NCBI GenBank assembly: GCA_003344405.1
Contig: NOWV01000019.1
Coordinates: 620,001 to 684,000 of the forward strand
DNA from: Trichoplax sp. H2
Taxonomy: Eukaryota
DNA length: 64,000 bases
Reading direction: 5' to 3'
Both the position numbers and the translations under genes were made by a program. The notes under the pieces are model-generated. The model was given only the letters and a program-made list of their open reading frames with translations, had not been told where the DNA came from and ran no database searches. Below, piece after piece: positions 1 through 12,849 of the stretch (the stretch's first letter is position 1; the number at the start of each line of letters is the position of its first letter).

Positions 1-1399
1 AACATAAAACTGAATTGATAGGGCAAGCGTGAAGTAGTCACATTAAAGAACTTTCGAATTGAGTATTTGAAATTATATGTCTAGATCACAGTAGGCTTAT
101 CTTATAAGTACATTGAATAGTAATTGGTACTTTTGGTATTCAGGGAAAATGCTTAACGATGTAAGATGATTTAATTTCGTAAATTTCTTTTTAATCTATC
201 GTAGATCTCTCTGGATTGAAGTCATTCGTACGACAATATTTACTGCCATAACCAGTTACCAATTCCATTGAAAGAAAAGTGATCAATTTTATTTGCTTCA
301 AATAATAAATGCATTGCGGTCTAATCTGCACCTTTATGGTAAATATCTAATTTGATTCATTTCTAATAAAAAAATTTATTCTCTCAGTTTGATAATTTAG
401 TTATACGCTCAATTTTATTTAGATGGTTTATTGATGAAATCTTCTATAATAGTCTCTCATTAAATATCTTTCTCTCATTCAACTAGACGTAGCTCATTGT
501 CCTACGGCTTCTTCGTTACTGAAGTTACTGATAATTAATACAAAGGAGCTGATCAACACTTACAATTAAATTCCTATTACTTCGACGATCATATTCAAGT
601 TTCGCTGTTATATCATAATTAAGTTAGAATTCACACCCTACCTGAACTTTCACCAAATGACCGAGTAATAGCAACAACAGTTAGCATCAAAATCTGCCAC
701 ATCTTGTATCATCAGCGGCGGTAGCTGTCAAGTTATTCTATACAATTGTTGATTGTGCAATGAATTCAAATAGCTACAGTATTGAAATAACATCAAATGA
801 ATAAGTTGGAGATTTATCTTATGCTGTTAAAAGTCATAAAGCTATTAATTCATAATACCTTACGCTGCTCTTTAAATAAGAATTTTTTTAATCGAATTTG
901 ATTTATGTGCAAAAGAGTTTTACGATGCAAATGGCCAATGAATGCTACTTCGATCCTTCGATCGTGTCTTTAGTCAATTAAATTATACATCTAGCGTATC
1001 TTAAAATACAGTAGTTTTGCCTATCTTGTGATAAGGCGAGGCTTCATGATAATGCAAATTACATAATTTGGGCAATCCCCGGAATTATTTATTTTAATTT
1101 AATTTATTATGTGGCATCAGTTCATCCTACACACAAGGTAGGCAAAAGTAATAGTATTTCATAACACGTGTATTTATACACTGATGGTAGTTTTATACCC
1201 AAGTCTTAAGCGAGAAAAATCATATCCTAGACTACATTAGATCACCCAGATGTGAACGATCGATACTATTAGTATGACATCATCGACAATTAAATCATCA
1301 TCGCATGTTAATTTTACAGATTATCATTCTTCGTTACTAAGCATTTGCTCTAACTTAAACGACCAAATAGTTTGATTATATACATAATAAGAATGAAGA

Positions 1400-2480
1400 T
1401 TTACCAGCCAAATATCAAGGCATAGATTTAGTTGAATGATTTCTTAAAGCTAGGCTTCGTCTCCATAAAGCAATTAGTGATACCTGCTTGAAATGTTAAC
1501 TTACTCATCTGCTCAATACAATCTTATCTACTTAAATTGAATCTTTGTGGAATAGAAATTGCTCACATGCCAATGTCTATTTATATAGAGAGCTAGTATG
1601 AACGATAATGATCCATGCTTTAAGATCCTAAAAGTACCGGTGAATGATAACAGGCAGCTTTAAACTTTAAGTTTGATAGTATTACACCTCTGTAGCCCTT
1701 TGTGTCGATAGATATTTGCTTTAATTATGACTCATCTGGGGACTTTTAACTTTGATTATCCACCTGTGATTGTGGGTATCCAAACAACTCTAATGTAAAT
1801 AATAATTATACTAGCAAGATACTTGATAAAGATTTAAAATTCATCACATCAACAATACTTAAAAGGATATCCTATCCACGTTTAGTCTAAGTCTATCATG
1901 ATGACGATTACATCATATTGTTATCCAATGCTTGTGTTTATGCTTAGAATTATATCCCTAGAATCATCAATACTAAGTAATTAATAGAAGTTGTACCTCG
2001 AAGTGATTTGATTGGGCACTTAATATTATAACTTATTCCTCTTAAAAACCTTGTTGTATAGAAAATTTAACTAGGCTATCTTTATTCTTATTAAGTACTC
2101 ACTGGAGCTTTTAAAGTTCAGATGACAAAACAAATGACAATTTTCCGGCACATTGTTGAGTTCTACCTGATATTTATGATAAAAGTAGGAAATATAATCT
2201 CTGCAATATTATCCTTATGAATCTGAGCTTTTCCAAATTATGTTCATTACGATAATGCGTATAGGAGTAATTGTAGTTCCTTATTAATTGTCATTTCTTT
2301 TAAAAATTTACTGTAAATTAAAATTTCTGATCAAGAGATACTAAGGTCTAAACAAAATATCCTATCCTATTTTGGCTCGAAAATAATTTACTTCAATACA
2401 ATGCCTATAAAGTATTTCCCTATGTCCACTATACCTAGAGTCAGGTATAATACGATATGTGGTTACCTAGACGATAGCCA
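1400..2480 (-). pseudogene. Degenerate NACHT-NTPase-like remnant
   Basis: Manual minus-strand translation across frames gives these fragments in NACHT order: LTLGIVDIGK (~2440; Walker A-like, cf. LTxGxAGIGKT), ITSR (~2000), TLELFGYPQSQV (~1790; cf. EvxGF), ACYHSPVLLG (~1650; cf. CxxP) and EQMSKLTFQAG (~1500; cf. KLAF). There are many stops and frameshifts. Boundaries are approximate. Confidence 0.4.
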
Positions 2481-3779
2481 ATAAGTTATAAATATTCATG
2501 CAGTAAATAGCCGTTTCTTAACGATGTTGAGTAACTTCTTGTTAAGAGTTTGATATCTTTCCATATAAATTTTAGTAAGTAAATGAAGGGTAAAATTTGG
2601 GGAAAGAATTAAGTTTATTAGGAATAGGTAGCAAGGAGAGTAATCATCAGTAAACGATAGGCACATGATGAAGGATTGTAATAGAACTGAATTCTTAATT
2701 TATTTTGCTGCATATAAACAACTGGTTCAGTACTGTAAAAGAACAAGTCAAGATTAGTAGACCGAATAGCAGGATAACAAGAGTACATAGTAAGGCATAT
2801 ACCGTACTTTTACCTTAAACTGTATTATGTAGACTTCTATAGCATGTACCTAATGTAAGGCAATTAACTACGGAGTATAATGCTTATATTGGGTAAGTAA
2901 TATTACGTGTCTATGCAGCTATGCATAAAACACTTGACTGTTGAAGAGTATATTATATGACAGTCAAAGAAGATTGTGTACTATTGTTTATACTGACTAT
3001 GCAGATAACCTATTTCACATTCAATATATCAATATTTTAAATTTGTCGTTAGTATTCTAATTGGTTACTTCTTGTCGTTAAATTTGATATCTACGAGTAA
3101 TTAAATGCTTAAACAGAATTGCAAAGGACTTGTATCTGACGAGTCTACTCGATCAGAATACAAGTTGATCGTTTACTATTAGCTACTGCTACGCATTACT
3201 CCTTAATCTGCTTCAAGATGTCATATGATTGTATTTCAACTACTGTAGCACTTAAGAAACCACTCTTTTAAAGGGCTCACAAAGCAATAATTGCACTAAA
3301 ACCTCATTTTCTTTTGCAATCCGTACTCTATTCTACGAAATATTTTTATTAACAAATTCATCACCTCTATATTCAGCCTTAAGTAGAATCAATTGCTTTA
3401 AATCGATCATTATACAATCAAGTGAGTAATTTTGAGTAAAGAAATACCACATAAATCACAACTATCTTAATTAGATTACGTATGAATCAATTGGTATAAG
3501 GCAGCATTACCAATTTAGTTTTGAAATCAAGTTTAATTTGAAGACTAATCAAAATTGCGAATTTAATGATGCATAGTCTTATTCAGCATCACATTAAAAG
3601 TAATATTCGCAGCGTTCATATTTGGACTGCTCCCTTTCATTACAGGATATACTAAACTATTAGCAAACGCGATATAATTATGGTATTTCCTATATTATAA
3701 CGCACATTTACTGCGCCGCAATTCACATAAAATCGTGGTGGTTATTTGCATAAAATTACAACATAGATTTCTTCTAATT

Positions 3780-5910
3780 AACGTCTGTTCTCTAAAACTG
3801 CTGATGCCATTTTGATTTGCGGATAATAGATCTGGAGAAAAAGCAAGTCTTGTTGATTAATGAAATTGGTCCTGTCTGTTTTCAATGGGATAAACGTCAG
3901 TTAAAGAAATGATGCTTCCTGAATTATTGGCGCTATTAGCAAATTCTGATGTAGGTAAATTCTCAGTTGAGCGACATGCTATATTTCCCCTCCTTTCTTG
4001 CCGTTCTCTACTCCACGTCTGATAATAACCATCGAAACGTTGAGAAGGTAAATTGGGTGTTACAGTTAGCTCGGCTAAACCCCTACTTAAGTCAGTATAA
4101 TATCCGTTCATATGATAAGTATTTTTAAAAAGGATACTCATGAAGTAAACCCAAGCCTACAGTGCTGATATTTCCATTGGTAAAAGAAGCAGTTTCATTT
4201 TCTGAATCTGCAAAACTTGATCGGAACGAACAAGATGTTAGAATTTGATTGTCAAGACCAGAAGCTAAAATCAGTAAGCTAGGTCCTCTTTGTCCAATAA
4301 AGTTCATAGCGCCACTATATATCTTGAGAGCTATTCATTAATCTTGTTGTGATATTAGTTCTAGACCTGAAACTGAAATGTCTCCCACTATAATTATTAC
4401 TATTCGCAATAGCTGTTCTACGTGATACACTACCCACCCTGTTGGCATCAGGACTTTGCAATTGATTTGTAGGGACTGGGAAAGCAGAATTGGAATTTTC
4501 TTAACGCTCAAAGTTATAATCAAATTCCTGAAAATTATAGACATAATCAGTATGATCATTTTTCGTACTTGGATTCTGAGGCAAATAAGTAGACTTAATA
4601 GGATCGTCAGATGGACCTTGCTGGGCAATAATTTGACTTCTTTTCGAATTTTGACCAGAACTTTCTTGATCTTGTAAAGGTCTTTTTGTACACTACAGGT
4701 TAACTTTGGCATTACTGTCAATTGCTTTTCTACTGTCTAGTCTGTCTTGCAACTGACTAGTACCTTATGATAAAAACGTTGTGGCAGAATTTTGCTCAAC
4801 ACTTCCAGATAGATTTGTTGCTATTGGTAATTGTAAATTACCTTCATTCTCACAAATATTATCATTGGGACTATAATGATCGGAAGGTTTATTGCCAGTA
4901 GAGCTACCAGCACTTGTCAGTTCCATTACAGCATGACCATGCATATTAATACGCTCGCCAGATTTTCGAATACAGCAGAAGCAAATTATTATAGCAAGCC
5001 CAATCAAAATACCTAAAATGGCAACTAGTGTAATATAAAATAAAACAAGATGCGGCGATGACTTATCTATAAGTTTTAAGGTTAGAATAAAAAAACATAG
5101 TTACCCACATTGACTTTCTGATCAATTGGAGGAAACTTTAAAATCGACAATCATCAGGCACTTAGAACTAACAGATAAAATCTCTTACTACTACTAGTCT
5201 TTGTTGCAGAAGTGGTGAAAATTCTAGATATAGTAAATAATCATTGATTTCTTGGTCGATCAGTTTCTTGATTTGTGCTGGTGATCAGCATCGTACCTGA
5301 TAAAATTATGATTGATTAATTTTATTCATGCCATTTTAAAATTTTAATGTAATCATAATTGATACTTCGATGATGTTATAAAGGCATATAATTATCATGA
5401 AAAAAATCGAAGAGGTCATGATTCGACGGTCATTGCTCCAATCTAGGTAAGATATTTATAAAAACTTTGTTACAGTTTATGCTAAATTTATAGTAACTAA
5501 TGTAAATAGTAAAAAAGAATGATTCATTCCTCGTTCACTATATCTAGTTTATTCTAATTGGTGTTGCGAAAGCCTGACCGTTTGTAACACAGCTTAAGTA
5601 TCACAGAAAAAGCGAATTAGATTCGGTGCTTGTTTGGTCAATTTCTAAATCAGTCCTCTTTAAACACCGGTATCTTATTAATTTATCACAAATATTGCCG
5701 TGATTCGAAGGCAATTTTAAAATGATAATGTTTCAGTCTCAGTTAATGGAGCTAGCCCACATTTAACAGAAATAGTGAATCAATATCAGCTGAGTACAAT
5801 TTACAATATGCCTCCTTTTACTGAATGATAGCCGGAATATACCAGCTATATAGGAACACCGTATCATTTCGACTTGTGTAAACGCAGCAAACGTGTACCA
5901 TCTAGTACCT
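3780..5910 (-). pseudogene. Pseudogenised single-pass membrane protein with long S/N/Q-rich cytoplasmic tail
   Basis: A splice acceptor near 5021 is followed by a hydrophobic segment (AILGILIGLAIIICFCC) and a basic stop-transfer (IRK). One reading frame then continues for more than 200 codons, interrupted by isolated TAA/TAG codons, with later frame changes. An upstream T/S-rich exon (~5186-5297) keeps its GT/AG borders but contains TGA. Confidence 0.5.
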
Positions 5911-6906
5911 GTCTAACGTCAATGAAAATATTTAATCACATTTACCATGCATGTCTTGTACTAATAGGAATAATAAACTAATTCTAAGTAAAGATGCGCC
6001 TCTTCAGTGCCTTTATTCACAATAGATTACGCATAGTAAAGTATATTTTTCCGTCATACCAATTACAATCATTTTTTAAAGTACTTTACTAGGTAAAAAC
6101 GACTATCCTACTTTAAAGGATTATTACTACATACTGTTAGAATAACTTCAAAACAGATTACTAGCTTTATCAGGTAAAATTATTGTAAGGATTTTGAAAT
6201 TGCATAGACATCAGGAAAAGAATGCAATAATTGTTTGCATTAATGTTTTAATTGAATAGAAATTTGACTCTAAATGACATTATGGCTAGAATTTTCCAAG
6301 GTAGTTATGAACCTTTAACACTTGAATTCATTTATGCATCGTCATGATAAAACTAGATTTAGTTGTGTATTTGTATTGGTCAGCAAGTTCAGTTTGGAAT
6401 TTCAAACGTTACCTTTCGCCATGACTCCTACTTTATCATCGATTGACGTCGGCATTGCCTCCGATATTGTTTATCCTACAGATAGTGTTTTAAGCTTACT
6501 TTAGAACTCCGAGAATAGACCTTTATTAAATTGCACATCCTCCCTGACCTATAATTTCTAGTAATAAATAAACCACGTATTGAAAATGCTGTAATTTTTA
6601 AAAGAATTAATCGCACTGCCATCATTATTTAAAGGGATGCTGAATGCAAGACTAATAGAGGGTGTGTTAAATTTACTTTTGACGGTATAATTTAACTAAC
6701 CCTTTGGTTGGTAGTTTCAATCATGTATTACACTATTTATAAATTGTCGCAAATGAAGAGTCCTGCCTTTCGACAAGGACTGCACAGTGAGTAAAGTAAA
6801 CAAGTAATCAACAGTAGCCACTTCGGATATATACGTATAGTAATATTTCTAAACCCTTGCGATACTACAGCGCTTACTGTATGTAGTACTGCTCTAAATT
6901 CAAACC

Positions 6907-7415
6907 CGTCCTTATTCTAAATATCAAAGTCTTTACTTCAGCTATTTATTTTTTACTGAAGGCACTTAATTTTACGGATGACGTTATTTCTTGTTCGATG
7001 CTATCTGAGAAGATAGACAGAGTAGAAGAGGAATCGGTAGCTTCTGGAGAAGATGAACACAACAAATTAAATACATGGGAAGCTTTAAATTCTTCAATAG
7101 GGCAGATAATTGAATGGCAAAATCTTGATCCAGAAATTGTGGCATTAATGCAAAAATCCAAACCTAAAGAAGAAGCTAATAGTGGAGATTATTTCTTAGA
7201 TANNNNNNNNNNNNNNNNNNNNCGTCCTTATTCTAAATATCAAAGTCTTTACTTCAGCTATTTATTTTTTACTGAAGGCACTTAATTTTACGGATGACGT
7301 TATTTCTTGTTCGATGCTATCTGAGAAGATAGACAGAGTAGAAGAGGAATCGGTAGCTTCTGGAGAAGATGAACACAACAAATTAAATACATGGGAAGCT
7401 TTAAATTCTTCAATA
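6907..7415. repeat. Identical 193-bp duplication flanking a 20-N assembly gap
   Basis: 6907-7099 matches 7223-7415, with the N run at 7203-7222. This is most likely a scaffolding or overlap artefact. Confidence 0.9.
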
Positions 7416-7499
7416 TGTATTCTCATGTTGCCATACTTGGCATGATAGTCTATTTGTAATGACTAAACTAGGGAAACCTTTCTGTTAGTGATGATCTTG

Positions 7500-8900
7500 T
7501 GAGCTACGTCAGTAGATCAAAGTTCACAATAAAGAAAGTATATAAACTCTTCATTTTAACAATAAAGTTAGTTCTTCAACTTAATTACTGGGTCTCCTTG
7601 CTGAGTGCAGATCTAGTACTTGTTATAAAATTTGGAAGTTGTAACAATTGGTGGCAGCGGTGGGATACATTAAGACCGTCTGCATTTACTCCAGCAGATA
7701 AATCTAGCGTAGACTCCTTACTGAAATTACATGCTAAAAAAATGATGTTCTCACTCTTAGCCCCATCATGTTTTCTATAAGTGAACATAGAATGAATTCC
7801 TCATTTCACTAGAATCATTTGGTAGCTCAAATTGATCATCCACGTAAACTATGTCGCTTAAAGTGAACGAACGAAAACGAGGAACTTTATCAATGTTAGA
7901 TAGTCCCTAGATTCACCATCACCGAACTCAAAACTGGAATCGTTATAGTGATGCAAATATCCAAAAAGTGATTTAGTATAACACATTGCATCAATAGTAA
8001 AAGTGTTCCTTTCCATCGCGATCGTACTAGTCACACTTTACCTTCACTTTATTAGATTAAACCTCTTTTAGTGTTCCATGGATTAAACCTGCTATTCTAG
8101 GTCATATCATTCTCTATTACATACTCCGAAATACACTATTACCATAACATTAATTGGATGAAATCGTGACATTGTTTTTAGTAATCTACAAAAATTACTG
8201 ATCTATGCATAAAATAATCCCATTTAAATTCGCATAACAAATTGAATAACAGATATTACAATTCTTTCTTGCGGATGGAACACCGCGATAGAATACAAAT
8301 TTATATTCGTTATTTTAATGATGATTTCTAAAGTAGTAAATTATTGCTAAATTCTACAGCTTTAATGACTTTGCAAATATTACCAAAGTTGCCCGTCTTT
8401 CTAAACTACAATACCTCAAGATATACAGATTCGCAGGGAGCATTCAAAGGTTCTTGGCAATGGCTTCGGCTTTAGTCTATAATTTCGACATTCTATTTCG
8501 CCTGCAGGTCAACGATACTTTCGTAGTAATGATCATTAGACTGAACACCCGGCTCATCATATCCTTCGTCAGTACCTAGATCGCTGGAGTCTATTTTCCC
8601 ATCTTCGATGAATTTGGTATCAGCGAGATTAGTTTCGTCCTTATCTATTCCAATATGACTAGCATATGGGCAGCTATCATCATGGTGAGAAGTTTCTCTT
8701 TCGGAAGCATCAAGTAGCTTTTGATGGTTAATAGATCCGTTTCGAGGATGTTTATTATCATTCCTATCGCAATACCTAATACAGGTATTTTCATTTTCAA
8801 TAGAAGTAGAAGTTGATCTGATTATCTCTTCTTTGTGAACTTTATCATTATTATCATATGTTTATTAAACTATCGCCCTAAAGCGTACTTGACAACTCTG
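7500..8900 (-). pseudogene. Degenerate coding-like region, hydrophilic protein of unknown family
   Basis: A stop-free minus frame of about 120 codons without ATG lies at ~8495-8860 (TYDNNDKVHKEEII...DEGYDEPGVQSNDHYYESIVDLQAK). A further ORF fragment lies at 7585-7788. The pieces are separated by stops. Confidence 0.3.
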
Positions 8901-10235
8901 GTTAATCGAACTCATGCTCGTGATATCAGGCGTACTTCTTCATTTAGCAACGCGGCAAAGTATTGACGTATTATTTGATTTTTGGGGAAAGGAAAAGATC
9001 ATAAGCATAAATTTATCCATTTCTGTATATCAGTTAGCGTGAGACTGTATCGTATGGATTCATTTCTTCAACCGACCGCAGGCTTTACTCCCTGTTACCA
9101 TTAGCAAGGTTAGATAATATTCTTATTATCGTCGCAATTGATCCTATTTTGATACGGCATCTTTCATTCCAATCATCGGCTTGCAATAATATCAGTTAAC
9201 ATAAAATTAGCGCTATTGCGTTAATAGTAATACACAACAGCGATACACTTACGGCAAGTCTCGAAACGAGACATAAGACCAGTTTTTATAAATGGAGCAG
9301 AAAGCTATACAGTTTCTAATTGGCTGCAGATAATCATTAACTTTACAAACTACTTCATTGAAGTGATTTTTTAAAGAGCAACTGTTGTCATTAAAACTCA
9401 GAGCTTAGTCCGGGCTCATAAACAAGATTAGTGAAATCGATAATAGTCATTGAACTCATAAACTGCTGGATTAAAGTTAATGTAAAAGGGCTATTGCAGT
9501 GATTGAAAGGCGTGGTGTTGTTTTGGACCACTCAAAATATAAGTGGTGCATGGTCTTGCCCTGATTCAAAAGCACAGATTGATGACATCATTAAATCAAT
9601 CAAACGTTGCATAGCTCTAAATATATTTATGAAACGCTGTTACTATCTGTCTGACTATTACGTTTGTCGACATAATGTTTCCACAAAAGATAGCGCCGCC
9701 ATCATAAAGTTTCACGCCTAACTCAGAATGATTGAAAGACCATTTATTTATAACGAAAATCTCTGCAAAGAAAATTGCTTTCCAGCAAACACCATCTCAC
9801 ATGAGGTGGTATACGTATGCAGTAGGCTTATAGGCATACGTTAATGACACATGATAATCTGCCAAGTCTTCCACAGTGTGTGGTCATATTTTTCACATAT
9901 GAAGGACCGTTATACCATCAGTCGTTATTGATAATCCTGATAATTAATAGTTTTTTGAGGTAATCACAAATGTATACTTATTTGGTAGATAAAAGGTAAT
10001 TTCCACTATAACTGGTATTGATGTAACGCGGTGTGGGTAGCATACACGTATATGAATAAAGCGCAGTGAATTTTACAAGCAGTCAGACTACATTCGCACT
10101 CAAAAATATCTTGCTAACAACTTTAGTACAACCGCACGACGGCAATCAATACATGGTAATACCAAAGTATAAAATAAAATCCTAAAAGTTGATCTACGGG
10201 ATCGATTTATTGTTTCTAATACAAAGTGGGGGATA

Positions 10236-12330
10236 TTATAGTCCATTATAAATTTGATGCGAGCTTGGTTGCTGCAGGACCTTCTTGATCGCTGTAATAG
10301 AATAATCAATATCGCTTAACAAACAAGCGCAAAAAGCACAGATAAATTTCTAAATAGACAATATTCCATTACGACATAAAATGCATCAAATCATAGCTAG
10401 TTGAAGTGAGAGTTGTTCACCTTCTTTATCCGCTGTCGTAAATTCACGATCTTTTGGGAAGTCTACATCAAATGTTATATACATTGATCCTTTGATATTG
10501 TTATTTTCGTAATTTGGCATTCCCTCATTTTTTAAACGCATTCGCATTCCAGGCCACGTCACAGACTCTCGTTTCACTTGAACCTGGAAAGTGTTTATGT
10601 ACAGTTTATATCACCTTAGTAAGTTTATTATATCTGCAATAAGAAACAGGATATGAATCTTCATTTATAATTTAAAGTCCTACCTTATGATTGTCAAGAT
10701 GATCGATATTCATCGTGAAACCATTTAAGGCGTCCAATAGTGAAATGGTGATATTAGTGTATAAATCATCTCCGATACGTCGAAATTTCTTATGCCTTAA
10801 TTCAATATTCATTTGTTAATAATAATATATGGTAACGAGACAGTACGCAAATTCAGGTAAAAATTTCGTCCTGTTGTACCTCATTTCACGAATACGGAAC
10901 TTGAGATCTCCAGGTTCTCCATCAATATGAGGTTCACCTTTACAACGAAATTATCATTGCTTAGTTAAATACCGTGATAATTATCAACATAACTTGCAAT
11001 GTAGGATTGAAATCAAGCAGCTGTTGTATTACATAGATAATGTAAATTTTCTATAACGTTGAATTACCTTCCCCTATAAACGGATATTCATGGCCGTCTC
11101 GCATGCCTACTTCGACTTCTACTTCCAATACCTTATCTTCAGTAACAAATCTAAAAAATAGTTAAACGGACCGTTATAACAAAAGGTACAGACACATATG
11201 CACACCTAAGATAATGATTGTAACTCACTTTACGTTAGGACATTCATCGCAAACTTCTTGATTAATCATCTGTTACCGGAAAACCAAAATTAAGTCAGTT
11301 ATTTTGATTGTATTACTTGACCAAATTACACACAATGGCATTATTCTATACCTGAAATTGACCAGGCCCTAACGGGATAGTTTTCATTTCCTGTCGGCAG
11401 TTGCATCTTCTCTTACCCGATGCTGGCTTAGCCACTGGCTTAGTACGGATAATCTATTGATGAAAATTATTTGGCTAGATGAAACTGAAGATCCACTAGT
11501 TTAATACTACAACAGTAAAAAACGTGGTCTGATGCTATCAATAACTTTATGATAAAGATCAAACCTCGATAAAATCGCCATTATATAACTCTTCCAATGT
11601 GACATATAAATCCATAGTTAATGTACCACCTCGAGGGATTTCGCGATTTCCTTGCTGATTGTTGCCAAAATGAAAACCGCCGAATCCATCGAAACCACCA
11701 AAAAAGCTACAAAATAAAGATTGTTTAATAAATGGTGTTACCATATTCACATATAATGATTACCGGGTAATACTTGTGGTTAGGTTTATTGACAAGTGTG
11801 CTTGCTTCTAATGTTTCGCATACCTAGAAAAAGGATCTCCGCCACCTTGGCCTAAATTCTGTAAGCCTTCTTCTCCACTTCTATCATAAGTTTTTCGTTT
11901 TTCTTCATCGGATAAAACCTAATGAAAATTAGATATATGATAAGATACGAAGAAAACAAGAACTATCCAACTACTACATAGAAAGTGGGATAATTAATGT
12001 CATCCAAAGGTTGATGGTCCAACCTCGTACGCAGCATTGATATCTTGAAATTTATCCTGAGCTTTCGGATCATCCTTGTTCTTATCAGGATGATACTTTA
12101 TTGCTAATTTTCGATATGCTTTCTTGACTTGCTTTAAAGTCGCATCGCGATCAACTCCTAAAATTTTATAGAAATCTCGCCTGCAAGTAACACAGTCATG
12201 TTAATTTTCTCTAATTTGCACATGGCTACCAAAGTGGAACCTCAAATCATAAAATGTCTTACCCAGCTAAAATTGGCAAGATGTATGACGCTATAAATAT
12301 CAGTATAACCAATTTGTGTATCTGAATCAT
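10236..12330 (-). CDS. DNAJB11: DnaJ homolog subfamily B member 11 (ERdj3), ER Hsp40 co-chaperone, 11 exons
   Basis: The spliced translation shows a signal peptide ([23 protein letters not shown]), a J-domain (RDFYKILGV...YHPDKN...AYEVLSD) and a G/F-rich linker. These are followed by [33 protein letters not shown] and a C-terminal IYNGL*. Introns are GT-AG. Confidence 0.96.
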
Positions 12331-12849
12331 GATGGATTCTCTACCAGTTCTATATCTATTTGCGGGGTAAGATTGTAAAAAATGTGAGATTTTTCGATTA
12401 AAACAAGTCATTGGTTAGGTCACGGTAGTTGTAAAATTTAATTTTTTATGAGCTAAAGCAAAGATAGATCGAATCTGGACTACTACATTTATAAGCTATC
12501 CATTGAAGTATTTTAGTGTTTTGCTTCATTCATTAATGATTGTAATTACAGAATTAGAGTACAGAGAGATATTACATGTATTATGCAGATTTTATAAAGA
12601 GCTATTGATGGTAAACTGGAAGAAGAGTATTTAAATGGATAAATGTCCGTATCAAAATAGGATTCATTCCTACGTTGATGTTTTAATCCATTCAGTCCAT
12701 ATTTTCAAATATGTATAATTCGAGGCTGTATGGAGTCTTGAAGATTTCGGTTTTGCTAATACGTATTATATATATATAGTTTTATGGGAATGATACCGGA
12801 ATTGAAAGACAGTAAAATGACTAAACACGCCAAAAATCACTTATAATTC

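Noticed and set aside
4338-4721. Hydrophobic 127-aa ORF and its antisense ORF
   Set aside because: These are alternative frames of the pseudogene, whose protein-like frame is a different one.
4320-4770. Ciliate-type TAA/TAG-to-Gln genetic code
   Set aside because: DNAJB11, MCRS1, the GPCR, the PTP, CCDC87 and TRMO all end at TAA/TAG at plausible C-termini and show no internal TAA/TAG in the exons read.
6998-7285. 95-aa ORF
   Set aside because: It spans the N gap and the duplicated flank, so it is not a reliable gene.
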